DNA from: Amphiscolops sp. MND2022
Taxonomy: Eukaryota
NCBI GenBank assembly: GCA_964187785.1
Contig: OZ076409.1
Coordinates: 6,636,001-6,700,000 of the forward strand
Direction: 5' to 3'
Length of the DNA stretch: 64,000 nucleotides
The position numbers were made by a program, and so were the translations under genes. The stretch's first letter is position 1. Each line of letters begins with the position of its first letter. Shown piece by piece: positions 12,201 through 24,176 of this stretch. The notes under the pieces were generated by a model. That model did not search any database and was not told the origin of the DNA. It saw only the letters and a list, made by a program, of their open reading frames with translations.

Positions 12201-15200
12201 GGAAACTCCTTTAAACGATATAATTATCCATATAGATCTCCATCAAGACCTAGAGATTTTAGATCAAGATCTAGAACACTCTCAAGAAACAGACAACAAA
12301 ACAGAATAAATCAAGTAGACGTTAAATCTCCAAAAGAAAATGATAGTACAAAATTTGAAATCCACACCTGTCAAATGACTGAAATAGCTAATACAATCAC
12401 CCCTTATAGTTGGTTTTATCCACTATATATTCACGCTTCTGAAACAAATGACAACATATTACCTTCAAAATTAGAAATCTTATTCCTTTTAGATACTGGA
12501 GCTTCCATATCTGTTTTGAATTTACCAACATTTCATGTAATTTCCAAACAATTAAACATCAATGTTCCAACCAACCTCCAAAACAAAAGAGCCAAAACTC
12601 TTACAGTTGCAAACCAAACTGAAGTACCAATAATACATTATATTTCGATGACCTGTTTCACTGAAGTAAATCACAAAACACGATCCTTCAATATCGATTT
12701 TGCCGTAGCAAATATCAAATACAACATTCTTGGAACACCCTTTTTCAAAAAGCACATCCAAAATATTGATTTTCAACAAAACATTATGACGTACACAGAA
12801 CAACATCCAAAGCTTTCAACAAAAACTACATTTTCCACATTTACAGAAAAAGATTACCCATATATTTCTTACATTTATACTATTAAATGTAAGGAACCAA
12901 TTCACTTTAAACCAAGGTCAGGAAAAACCATACATTTTCCAATTAAAAACTATTCAAATCTACATTTTGAACTCGAAGATAATACGAAATTCTACCCAAC
13001 AAACCCATATACATATTTCTTACAAAAATTTAAAAATATCTTTCATTTCTTAGATATGATAGTCAATGAAAAAAGCAAAGACTCATGTGCAACCATAATT
13101 CAAAACTTTACATCTTACCCAGCTACATTACCACGAGGAATTATTGGATATATAGAAATACCTATTACGCAAACAACTCCTCCTCACTACAGAGTTACCG
13201 ATGTAAATTCACTTATTCACTCTGTAATACATGCATATCACCCTGATACCACAACCCCGATTAAACAAAATCCATATACAGATATGAACTTATGTACTAG
13301 GGTAATACCACAATCCCTATTAGAAAGAAACAAGATAGAAATTAACGACAAAACACTTCAACTTCCTATACCTTCTGTTACTGGAAACCTTCGACCTTCA
13401 GATAAATTTCGAAAAGATTTCCCTCCATTACCCTATTCTACAGAAAACCAACAATTCATAAAGAAGTTCAATTTCGAATACTCAGTTTTAACCGATACAG
13501 AATATGTAAATCTCTGCAATATTCTAATTATTAACCAAAATTGTTACGCTAAACATAAAAACGACGTAGGAAAGATTTCTACTCCCTTTCGAATTAGAAT
13601 AAAAGATAATTGTAAACTTCACACACAAAGACCTTCTAAAGTACCTATCCACTATAGAGATAGACTAAATAAACTTTCACTAGAACTCGAAAAATACAAC
13701 ATCATAAAACAAATTGGTTCGACAACAGATGAAAAACATACTATTGGAACAACATTTTTAAACCCTTTAATTATTATCCCAAAAGGAGACGCAATAAAAG
13801 TTGTTTTAGACGCAAGACATTTAAACTCAAACACTAACCAAGAACTTGAATCTTGGCCTATTGAACCTTTAGCTCCTCAATTAGCTAGAGCTAATAAAAA
13901 ATACAAATCAACTATTGATCTAATGTATGCATATGCTCATACACCATTAGATGAAGAAACAATTAAACTTACAGGATTTTCATCCGGTGACAAATTATAC
14001 GCCTTTATCCGTGGATTTTACGGATTAAAAGGACTTCCAAACTTTTTCACAAAACAAATGTCAACTTTCTTTAGATCACTTATAGACAAACGTTCTGCGT
14101 TAGTTTATATAGATGATATTTTATTACTCGCGAATGAAAAACAAGAAATGTTTGAACTTATAAAAGAATTACATACAATAGCATCTCGAGAAAATCTCAA
14201 ACTTGCACCTGAAAAATCGTTCTACATGTTACTCAAAGTAAAATTCCTTGGACATGAAATTGGTAACAACACAATTAAACCAATTCCATCCAAAATTGAA
14301 GCTATTAAAAGACTACCATCCCCAGAAGAAAAGAAAGATGTTATGCAATTTCTTGGCAGTGTTAACTTTTATTCAAAATTCATTGAAAAACTTCATATAA
14401 ACCTTAAACCATTGTATACATTACTACACGATGATGTTAAATTTCAATGGACACCTGAATTAGAAAAACTATTTCAAAATGTTAAAAACGCAATGACAGC
14501 AGACATTGAATTAACAATACCCAACACCACGCATCCATTTTTCATAACAGTAGATGCTTCGTTAGTAGGTTTAGGCGCAGTCTTATTCCAAATGAACGAA
14601 GAAAATAAGATGAAAGTAATCTCTTATAACTCCAGAATTCTCAATACACAAGAACAAAAACTTTCAACTTTAGACAGAGAACTTTTTGCAATAGTTTACG
14701 CATTACAAATATATGAATTTTTGATCATTGGATCTCCTCATCCTATATATCTCTTCACAGATCACAAGCCTTTACTACATTGTTTCGCAAAGAAAGGAAA
14801 TCTTAGTCCTAGATTCTATAGAGCACAAATGCAACTAACCAAATTCTCCAAATTAAAAATCATTCATACCCCTGGAAAAAATTTAACTGTAGCAGATATG
14901 CTTTCAAGAACCTTTACAAAAGAACAGCTACAAGTACACCAATTACGACATAAACAATTACCACCTCAAATAGATTTCTCTATCATGAAAGATAATCAAC
15001 TCAAACCAGTACATTATTTAGTAAAACATGAAGAAATAAAATATAATCAAAAGAATGATTGTCATCCTATCCTTGCTGACTACGGAGACGACCAATTCTC
15101 CATCCGTATAAATAACACAGGAGAAGATATACATATAAAGCCTTTAGATTCCTTCTCTTTTCAATCTATTGTTCCATTCGAATCAAAATATAAAAAGCCT

Positions 15201-17251
15201 ACAAATAAACAAGCAAAATCTCTTTTACAACAATCGACAATTCTTATTGATACTGACAATCTTGGTGATGAAGATGAAATAACACCATCAAATAATATCC
15301 AACAACAAAACTCGAACATAGTAAAAGAATACACCCTTGCTATACAATATCCTACCAAATCTGACTATTGTAAACAACAAGTTCCATTTTTGATCCATCC
15401 TTTTTCAAATACAAAAAATATTTTAATTACTTCTTCCTACCAGAAGATACACAAATAACCATTGAAACAATAAAAGCTCAACAAAATCAAGATACTGTTT
15501 TACAAAAGGTTTACCAATGGATACTTTATAATGAAAGACCCTTACAAATAGACCCAACAATTGCAGCTAACTCTTTCTTATTAGTATATTACAAACTCTT
15601 CAACCAATTATATTTTAATCATGATACAAAAATTATCCACATAGATTATCCTAATCTTCACGATTCCAACCCGAATCAAAGAGACAAAATATGTCTACCA
15701 TTTAAACTTTTCCACACAGCTTTTAACAAACTTCATGCTCATGGACATTCAGGAATAAAAATATCCATCAAAGCTTTCAACCAATTTTACTTCATACCGT
15801 ACCTGAATAAATGGATGTCAATATTCATCCATGATTGCATTGAATGCCAACAAAATAAACATATTAACCAAAAATTACAAACTGCATCTATACAAACCTT
15901 CTCAGAAATTGCTTCATATTTTAATTACCGAATATCAATGGATACAAAAGGACCTATAAACCCACCATCAGATCAAAATTCGTACATTCACGTTATAGTA
16001 GACGCTTTTAGTCACTTTGTAGTAACAGTACCTATGAAACAAAATAATGCTCAAAACGCTGTTAACTCATTACTACATCATTGGATAACAAAATTTGGAC
16101 CTCCTGTATACCTAGTTACCGACCGTGGAACAGAATATATTAATTCAGAATTTGCAAATCTTTGTACCACAATGGGAATTAGACATTCACCAAGAACTCC
16201 TTATGCACCATGGACAAATGGTTTAGTTGAAAATCAAAACAGAAATCTTGGAACTCATCTCAGACTTTTCTTACATAACACTCCAGAAAATTGGTCAACT
16301 CAAGTCCATATGTATGCTTATGCACATAATTCACAACCACTTTCTGAATTAAACTTATCTCCATATGAAATAGTATTCCATACTATACCCAGAATTCCAA
16401 TCAACTTTGAACTCAATCTCCAAAGAGATACATATAGAAATTGTTCTTCTCAATATTGTCAAGAATTACCACTTCATACACACTATGACAAATCAAATCT
16501 AAACCCTTTCTTTCATAAAATTTTATCTAAACCAATTCCACAATGGATCTTGGCTACTGAAACTGCTTTGATACAGATATACCATACGGTATATGAAAAC
16601 ACAAAAAGAAAGATTAATTCCTATGCTTATTTTAACAAAACATATCACAATCCAAGACCCTTAGATATTGGTAAATTTGTACTAAAAAGAAATTTTCTCC
16701 ATGTTCATTTTTCCGATAAATTAAAACCTCTCAGAATTGGCCCATTCAAAATTATTAACAAACTCTCCGATATAACATATGAAATTGTTAATCAAGATGG
16801 TTATACATCGCACATACATAGAAATCATTTAATTCCTTTTCATCCAAAAGAACCAGTTATTTTCCCTTTCATACAACAATATAACCCTCATTTATTTAAT
16901 GACTGTCATTCAAATACAAACGATCAAATAATTAACTCTGATGAAGACAAATTTACAGACGAAGAACAATTTCCTTCCACAACATTTAATAAAGAAACGG
17001 ATATACCATCCACGATTGACTTACAACCAGAACCATTTAACCAATATTCTTCATTTCCATCTAAACAAAAAGAACAAATTCCTCAAAATACCTCCATGGA
17101 TAACCAATCAGATATTCATGATTATGATAATTTTATTAATCCCCGAAGGCACTCCTATAATAGATACAATTTCCGCCCACAACCAAGAAAAGACTACCGA
17201 CTCTTCCTTGGTGAAAAGGATATAATTTCACTTTCTCAAAAATCCTGCTAA
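9219..17251 (+). CDS. Gag-Pol polyprotein (about 2680 aa) with a single frameshift near 15387-15391
   Basis: Capsid-like region from PMKPFDG; zinc knuckle CSYCHKNNHSISNC (11736); protease LLDTGAS (12492) and ILG; RT YIDD (14106); RNase H TVDAS (14553); integrase HAHGH..CIEC, D-D-E (MDTKGP, TDRG, GLVE) and GPF motif. The second frame is open from 15392 to 17251. Confidence 0.95.
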
Positions 17252-17420
17252 AATACGGAATACAGAAAGAAATACACACAAAGAAAGTTTGAAAGAAAGA
17301 AAAAGTTTGAAGCTTAATGCGAAAATAAATGAAATTTATTTCACGAATGAGAATAAAAGAAAGAAATCTTAATTGATATAAAACTATAACTATTTTACAA
17401 GCTGAAACTAACTATCATAA

Positions 17421-18890
17421 CACAACGATTTCAAAATTGATAGACATATTCACTCACCATCATCAACTACAAATAATTCTTCTTCTAGTTCAACACATTC
17501 ACTCCAAAGATTACCTGAATATACAGCATATTTAAACTCAGATACAGACATACTGGATTCCTCATCCTCAAATCCCAGTCCATCCGCTCCATATACTCCT
17601 GATAGAGTACCAATAACACCCACTAATACACATATAACCCAAACTCAACCACTAATATTAACAACTCAATCACAACCTATTTCACGAAATCTAACATTTT
17701 TAGAAACAAATTCACCACTTTCTGACTCTAATGATGAAACACCTACAATACCAAATACACAAGATACTTCAGATATTTTGAATAGACCTCCTCTTCCACC
17801 GATTACTACCACTCGTTCTATTCATATCCCTGATCCTAGCTCAGTCCTACAATACATAAATTCTTGTCCACACAAAGTACCAACTGCAACAAAAACAAAA
17901 AGAAAAACTCCTTTACCTACATTACCACAAAATCTTGATTTACCATCATCAAGTAATATCCCAATAACATTTTTACCAGAACCTTTATTGAAATCACCAA
18001 CGAAAAAATCACAACAATACCCAACTCCTTCACCATCGGAACTAAGTTCCTTCACATTTTCTCAAATATATCCCAAGCTTGAATTACAACGTGTACATTC
18101 AACAACTACCTCTTCATTAACAGATTTATATCATAAAGATAAAGACTCTGACTCAACTGCTAGTACTAGAGTACCAAGACATAATTAAAACCTTCGATCT
18201 CAACAACAAAGAGATTCTCAAGAATTACAATCCTTAACTAGTTCAAGTACAAACTCAAGACTACTTCGACAACACGCCCAACCCAGATTGGACACTTCTT
18301 CTCTTTCCTCATCTCAGCCCACTATACCATCTTCTCTATCACTACCATTTCAAATCACATCAGGATTTGAAACAGCCTCTCTTCTTTCTGAAGAGCCAGC
18401 AACTATATCAGATAGCGCAGCTAATTTTTCACGAGTTTACTCACCTAGTTCAATAGCATCAAACTCTTCTATACAATTACCTGAATATTTTTTAGAAGAA
18501 TTCTCAAGACCTCCATCGCCAAATCCTCACGAATATCCTATTCGTGTTAACTCAAAAATTGTTCACACGCTTGACGAAGATCCTCGATACACGGTATTAC
18601 CTGCAAGATTTATAAACAATAGTTCACTCTCAACTCAAAGAAAACAAAGAGAACTACGAAGATTACAAGAACAACAACACACATTAAAATTTGAAGTAGA
18701 AGTCACATTCAACTCGTTAGGACCTCATCCATTCTCACTTTCAACAAGAGTAGCACATAAAACAACCCCATCACCATTCATTGTTACCTCCATTTCCTAC
18801 CTTTGTGACGCAGATTTACCTGAGATTAGAACAGGACATATAAACTTTTTTAATCCCTACTCAGGACTCAATTATGGATCAATATTTTAA
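17421..18890 (+). CDS. Accessory Ser/Thr/Pro-rich ORF between integrase and env, with one internal TAA (18186)
   Basis: ORFs 17778-18188 and 18288-18890 share a frame that is open from 17421 apart from one stop. It has no ATG and a more ordered C-terminal segment of about 100 aa. Confidence 0.6.
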
Positions 18891-18892
18891 CC

Positions 18893-21532
18893 ATGAACCA
18901 AATCACCTTTACCTTTTATTTAATATATATAATACAAGTTGTTAAATACACGTATATAATAAATATAGTTCACTCTTTAGTTCACCCTTCAACTGTTCCC
19001 AAAGTTGACACCACCAATTCCGAAAATCATATTTCAGACCAAGATCCTAACATTTTAAACTTAATGGTATCTCATTATGATTGTGCAAAACAAAATAACT
19101 TAAGACAATTCAGTTTATTAAATGTAGAACCATGTAAACAAGCACCCTCAGATATACAACACACAAAAACCCAAGCAACAGTTTATGTTAGAGCAAAAGC
19201 CAAAAGAATAAAAGCCTTTAAATGTGAAGCATATATAAAGACTGAGAATGTCTGGTGTTCACAAACATTCACATCTAGTAGACGATATGATCGTTTACAA
19301 TGGGGACAAAACACATTAGAACTTCCAAAAATATTGGACCCTATTGAATGCAAAAATATGATCAGATATTTAAACGCGACTGATAGCGAAGAATTAAACA
19401 ACTACAATATACAAAGCTCTTTCTCATTGTTCGACGATAGTAATTATCAAAACACAATTGAACGAATTCAGACACCATTTAGAGTAAAAAAATCAAATAC
19501 ATGGCATATTGGAACCTTCGTATTTGACGAAAATTATCCTGATTGGATAGTTAATGTTACACAAAATACATACTCTAGATGTCGATCAGACCGCGAACAT
19601 TTAATTACCCGACAAAGTTGGAAACTTAGAATTGTTAACACCGCAATAGATTATGACGATAAAAACAATCAATTATTACATGACGGACACATATTACCAT
19701 GTTATCATTCAGACGGATTTTGTAAACCAACGACCAAAACTCCATATACATTAACATGGTTTGATGAAAAATTTTGCCTCATATTTCAACTTCAAGAATT
19801 CATTGGTAGAATGACACGAATCAAAGATAGATATTGGATGGAAACCGATACCTTCATTGAAACTTCAAACATCACACAAAAACTTCAAACCGAAGGAATA
19901 CAAGGAACAAAATACCCTAATATAAAAACACCACAATCAAAAGTAAGCAATCCAAGCCTTTCTCGATTTGAAATATACCCAATTGCACAAACCTTCTGTG
20001 GAAAACCTGAACCATTACTTTCAACACAATATGATGACATCTTTGTTACATACTTAGATGGTTTTGATATGAATACAGGATTACCAAAACCACACTCAAT
20101 AATTGACCAAACAATTAGTGGAAATATAAAACATGATGATTCAAACAAATGGTATATATTCCCTGCATTGAATATATCAAACAATTTCGCCACTTTAGAC
20201 TATGATGCCCACATTAATACAAAGATTGATTTCACAATAAATCATGTATTTAAATCCATGACAGTACAAGAACTAAACACTCTTCATACAATATGTGAAC
20301 TAAAAAGAACTCAACTGTTAACAATACTAGCAATGTCAGTTAAAAATCCTCAATTAGCCGGTTTTCTTTTAACTGGAAATCGTAGTAACTGTCTCTACGT
20401 TGAAGGATCTACAGCATGGCTGTATGATTGCCCTCATTTTATATCACCACTATACAAGGCAGATAAAAGCTTTGATAGAATTCCTATACACTACAGAGAA
20501 ACGATAATGTATGTTGACCCAATAACAAGACAAACTTTTAACTACGCAACACCAATTGAATGTGGAAATAACCCACAAAATATAATAGAATTAGATCCAG
20601 ATTCCAACGACGGAGATTTTTATGTGTTAACACCAGAACCACTCAAACGAGAAGCACCACAAATGTTTAAACCTACCCAAATTAAAACAACAATCACTCC
20701 TAATACATTTACCGCCCAAGATGCCGGTATATACTCAAATGCAGAATTAGATCATTTCTGGAATAGAGTATTATTTGCTAAACATTCAGACACAACTCTT
20801 CAATTACTTGGAAAATCATTAAGCTATGATTTCATTTCAATGCATAATGAAAAACACTCATACTCAGGACATAATCCCTATAATCATTCAGGGATTGGAG
20901 TACATGACCACTTGTTGAATCTTTTACCACTTTTTAACCCTGACTGGTTCAGTCAAGCATTCATTAATTTCTTTGGATACCCATGTTATGTCTTAACCCA
21001 ATGTGGAGTTTATTTTTCAACATTCCTTTTCATTAGAGAAGTTTTAACATTTTTACTCAAATTCTACAGAACAATTAGCCAAAAATATAATCTCGAAAGC
21101 AACATTTCCATTTTGAGTTCAATAGCCCATGGATTTTTTAATATAGTTACATCGGAAATGGTAACCGATTTAAATAATACAGGAAAACGAAAACGGATAT
21201 ATACTAAACACAAAATTACAACAAGTGAAAATGATAATATCCTATTGCCGGAAAAAGAATTAAACAATAAACGAAGACACTCTGATACTGACTCCCCTCA
21301 CTTACCTCCTAAATATTCCAGTAAGAATTCAACATTTCAATCACCGCAAAAGACACACCCAACTAATGTAAACGATATTAATTCTCAGGACTATGACCCA
21401 ATAATGTCAAATGTAATAGTGGTACCGGAAAGTCCTGCTAAAGTCTTTATAAAATTTAATCCCTCCTTACTGAAAAGCAATAATTTAGAAAACAAATTAA
21501 CCTCAGAAAAAATTCACAAAATTATCAACTAA
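18893..21532 (+). CDS. env: Envelope glycoprotein, 879 aa, resembling chuvirus-type/class III fusion proteins
   Basis: N-terminal hydrophobic signal; Cys-rich ectodomain (HYDC..FSLLNVEPC..AFKC..VWC..ECK; ICELKRTQLLTILAM..NPQLAGFLLTG; YVDPITR..PIEC); N-glycosylation sequons (NAT, NVT, NIT, NIS); C-terminal TM segment and cytoplasmic tail. Confidence 0.88.
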   Translation: MNQITFTFYLIYIIQVVKYTYIINIVHSLVHPSTVPKVDTTNSENHISDQDPNILNLMVSHYDCAKQNNLRQFSLLNVEPCKQAPSDIQHTKTQATVYVRAKAKRIKAFKCEAYIKTENVWCSQTFTSSRRYDRLQWGQNTLELPKILDPIECKNMIRYLNATDSEELNNYNIQSSFSLFDDSNYQNTIERIQTPFRVKKSNTWHIGTFVFDENYPDWIVNVTQNTYSRCRSDREHLITRQSWKLRIVNTAIDYDDKNNQLLHDGHILPCYHSDGFCKPTTKTPYTLTWFDEKFCLIFQLQEFIGRMTRIKDRYWMETDTFIETSNITQKLQTEGIQGTKYPNIKTPQSKVSNPSLSRFEIYPIAQTFCGKPEPLLSTQYDDIFVTYLDGFDMNTGLPKPHSIIDQTISGNIKHDDSNKWYIFPALNISNNFATLDYDAHINTKIDFTINHVFKSMTVQELNTLHTICELKRTQLLTILAMSVKNPQLAGFLLTGNRSNCLYVEGSTAWLYDCPHFISPLYKADKSFDRIPIHYRETIMYVDPITRQTFNYATPIECGNNPQNIIELDPDSNDGDFYVLTPEPLKREAPQMFKPTQIKTTITPNTFTAQDAGIYSNAELDHFWNRVLFAKHSDTTLQLLGKSLSYDFISMHNEKHSYSGHNPYNHSGIGVHDHLLNLLPLFNPDWFSQAFINFFGYPCYVLTQCGVYFSTFLFIREVLTFLLKFYRTISQKYNLESNISILSSIAHGFFNIVTSEMVTDLNNTGKRKRIYTKHKITTSENDNILLPEKELNNKRRHSDTDSPHLPPKYSSKNSTFQSPQKTHPTNVNDINSQDYDPIMSNVIVVPESPAKVFIKFNPSLLKSNNLENKLTSEKIHKIIN

Positions 21533-21884
21533 ATTCTTCTCAGTTTTAACTTTCATTCACACCCAAATTCTCACTCGGACCGGTCTCTCTTTTTCAACTC
21601 AACTCAACTCTCAACCAGAAGACTTCAACTGGATTTTCAGTCCATCTAAACGACCGAAATCACAGAAATTTCTATTCCTGGAATAGATGCCACTGTGATT
21701 GTTGATGTTTTCAACCCATCATTGACCCAGTATTCCCATATTGTAAGTACAATTTAAACTTTAATTTTAACAAACAATTTAATGGATAGAAAAGACATAA
21801 CAAAATTTTTCCTTAAAATTAGAAATAATGTAATCAAATGTTATATTATTATTTTAGCTCTACAAAAACACGCAAGTTTAAATA

Positions 21885-22587
21885 ATGGAAACCTTGCCCG
21901 AAATTGATGTAGTTAACTCTAATCCCTCTGAATTGCTTGCAACCCCTTTGAATATAACTATTCAACAAAATGTTAACGAAGATAATAACTCTTCCTCCAA
22001 CTCTCAAGACCCTATAGAAAATATCCCTATTGAACAAGTAGATCATGTTAACACAAGATCTCAAAAAAAAGTACCCAGATATAACCGCAGATAAACCTTT
22101 TATGGAATCTGGCGCTTGCCCTCCTTTCATAAAACCAATCAAACAAGATGAAGATAGAGATTGTGAATTAGTTCCTATTCTCTCGTCAAAACAATTCACA
22201 TTTTAATCTCAGTTAACCTCGTTATACATGATTCCTTCAAAATACAAATTCATCATCAGAGAATTTAAAAATGATTATCATACATCAATTGATTCAAAAT
22301 TGATTACCCCATATGATTGGTAGTTAAACAATAAAGTGAAAATTTTCTCACTTCAATACAACTTCCTCGGACCATCTCCATATGATCTTCGAACAGAAGA
22401 AAATGATGCAAATTTTTTGCCTTACCAAATCAAAAAGGCCCACCATATGACTTATCAAAAGATTCTTCAATATAAAGAGCCCGATAATTATATATTCTTC
22501 AACTCCAAATATACATCGCCATTCACTTTCAACTCAGAATATTTAATAGATCATACCAAAAACAAAAGGAAAACTTCGAAACTATGA
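21885..22587 (+). pseudogene. Disrupted accessory ORF 3' of env
   Basis: ORFs 21885-22094 and 22336-22587 have the element's codon style and are linked by coding-like sequence with stops and frameshifts. Confidence 0.4.
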
Positions 22588-22629
22588 CCCGCTGAAACAA
22601 AGTTTTCTCTTCCTTCCAAATGATAACCC

Positions 22630-23176
22630 AAAAAGACCAATCATTGTACCACAAGAATACCTCATTTTAAACGACGATTCGTTACTACAAGAAGATATAC
22701 CTCAACATATATCTGATCCTCTTCCTCCACTTCAACATATAGCCTCTCAACCATTGCGAGACTGTGAAAAGTCTTATTTTCACGCAATGATCAAAAAGGG
22801 ATATTCAAATAATGAATTAATTTTCATTACTTCCCACCTGCTTTCACTTCTTACAAATAGAAATCACAAAGAATATAAAAAGGCAAAACAAGAATCGCCT
22901 AAGAAAACCAAAAATGATATTCCTCAACCACAAAGTTTTCGCCCAACAGATGAATTACAGAAATATACAGAAATCCTGAATATCATAAAACCGTATCATC
23001 ATCCAAACCGAGATATTCTTATAACAATCGCTGAAATCGTAAATACCCTTGAACAAGCTCGAAGCATAACACAAAACATCGTATTTGATACGACAAGAAT
23101 TAGCCAATCAGCTTTGTGCATTCGCACATCCTTAGACGAATTCAACTACACTATTGAAAAAATGCATCGATCTTAA
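22630..23176 (+). CDS. Accessory ORF 3' of env, function unknown
   Basis: The frame is open upstream of 22754 (KRPIIVPQEY...). The C-terminus looks helical/coiled-coil. Confidence 0.45.
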
Positions 23177-23583
23177 CTGGTAATTATGGGATAATAGCTT
23201 TAAAGTTGTTAACACTTATCACTTAATCTCTTAACAACCTGTCAAAATTAATTGAGTCTACACGCATATGCCTGCTATGCATGATTATAATACATGCTTG
23301 ATGTTAAAATACACTTTTAAAATGAAATAACATAAAAATTTCAATCACAACATAAAAATTTTTCAACGATTTTTCTCAATTGCTCCTCCTTTTAATGGAC
23401 CAATTTCGACAAATAAATACTTATATGAAAGATATTAAAATACCCTTTAAAAGACTTCCAAAATACAACAACTTAATTCTTAAAATTAAAAAGTTATAAC
23501 ATCACAAAATTCAATAAAAAAATGTCAACTACGAAATTCTATTTTCAAAGGAACTTTATTGTAAACAAACTAATCAATTTTAG

Positions 23584-24176
23584 GTGAATATCGTCACAAC
23601 TGCTTCTTCAGCATTCCTTCCTCCTCTCAGGCCACCCATTCAAGAAGAATTCCGAAGTATCTTCTACAGCTTTCAACGAAATTTTCTCATTTCTTCACTA
23701 TGACAACTATTCACTCTGGCGACATTGACTGCCCGATAGCTCCATTTCTTTCAATCTCTTCAGCTCGATTGCGATCCTTGATCCTGAAAAAGCATTTAAC
23801 GACATTAAATGCGCAGCTTCGAACAGACAAAAAGGCAGACCCACATCTTACAAGGATGATATTGCTTAATATGTTCCAAATATTCCAAATAACCAGAATA
23901 AATTTCGACCAATATCTCCATATTCATAAACATCCCGACACTTATTCAACCCAACGAGACGCCACTACCCAAACAGAACATACTACCATCAAACCCAAGC
24001 GTTTAGTACGAACTCTATCCAATAGAATGCGTTCCGAAATGGAAAAACAACGTTTAAATTCTTATTGGCCCTCAGATGACAATAATGACACTGACGAAGA
24101 CCTTCAAAAAGATCCCCCAGAAGCACTTTTAGACGATAACTATCCGCACAAAACATATACTTACGTTTCCTTCTAA
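23584..24176 (+). CDS. Accessory ORF/exon 3' of env, function unknown
   Basis: 158-aa ATG ORF at 23700. Its frame is open back to a splice-acceptor-like CTAATCAATTTTAG|G at 23583. The C-terminus is acidic. Confidence 0.5.

Noticed and set aside
10024..12806. Overlapping alternate-frame and antisense ORFs within gag
   Set aside because: Their Ile/Leu/Met-rich or repetitive translations are what shifted frames of low-complexity A/C-rich codons produce.
15380..15400. Programmed ribosomal frameshift between RNase H and integrase
   Set aside because: There is no XXXYYYZ slippery heptamer, only a T5 run. One extra T restores VPFFDPSFF, so a deletion or sequencing error is simpler.
18893..21532. 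Stand-alone endogenous RNA-virus fragment
   Set aside because: It lies between matched LTRs in the env position, shares the element's composition and has no neighbouring nucleoprotein or RdRp sequence.
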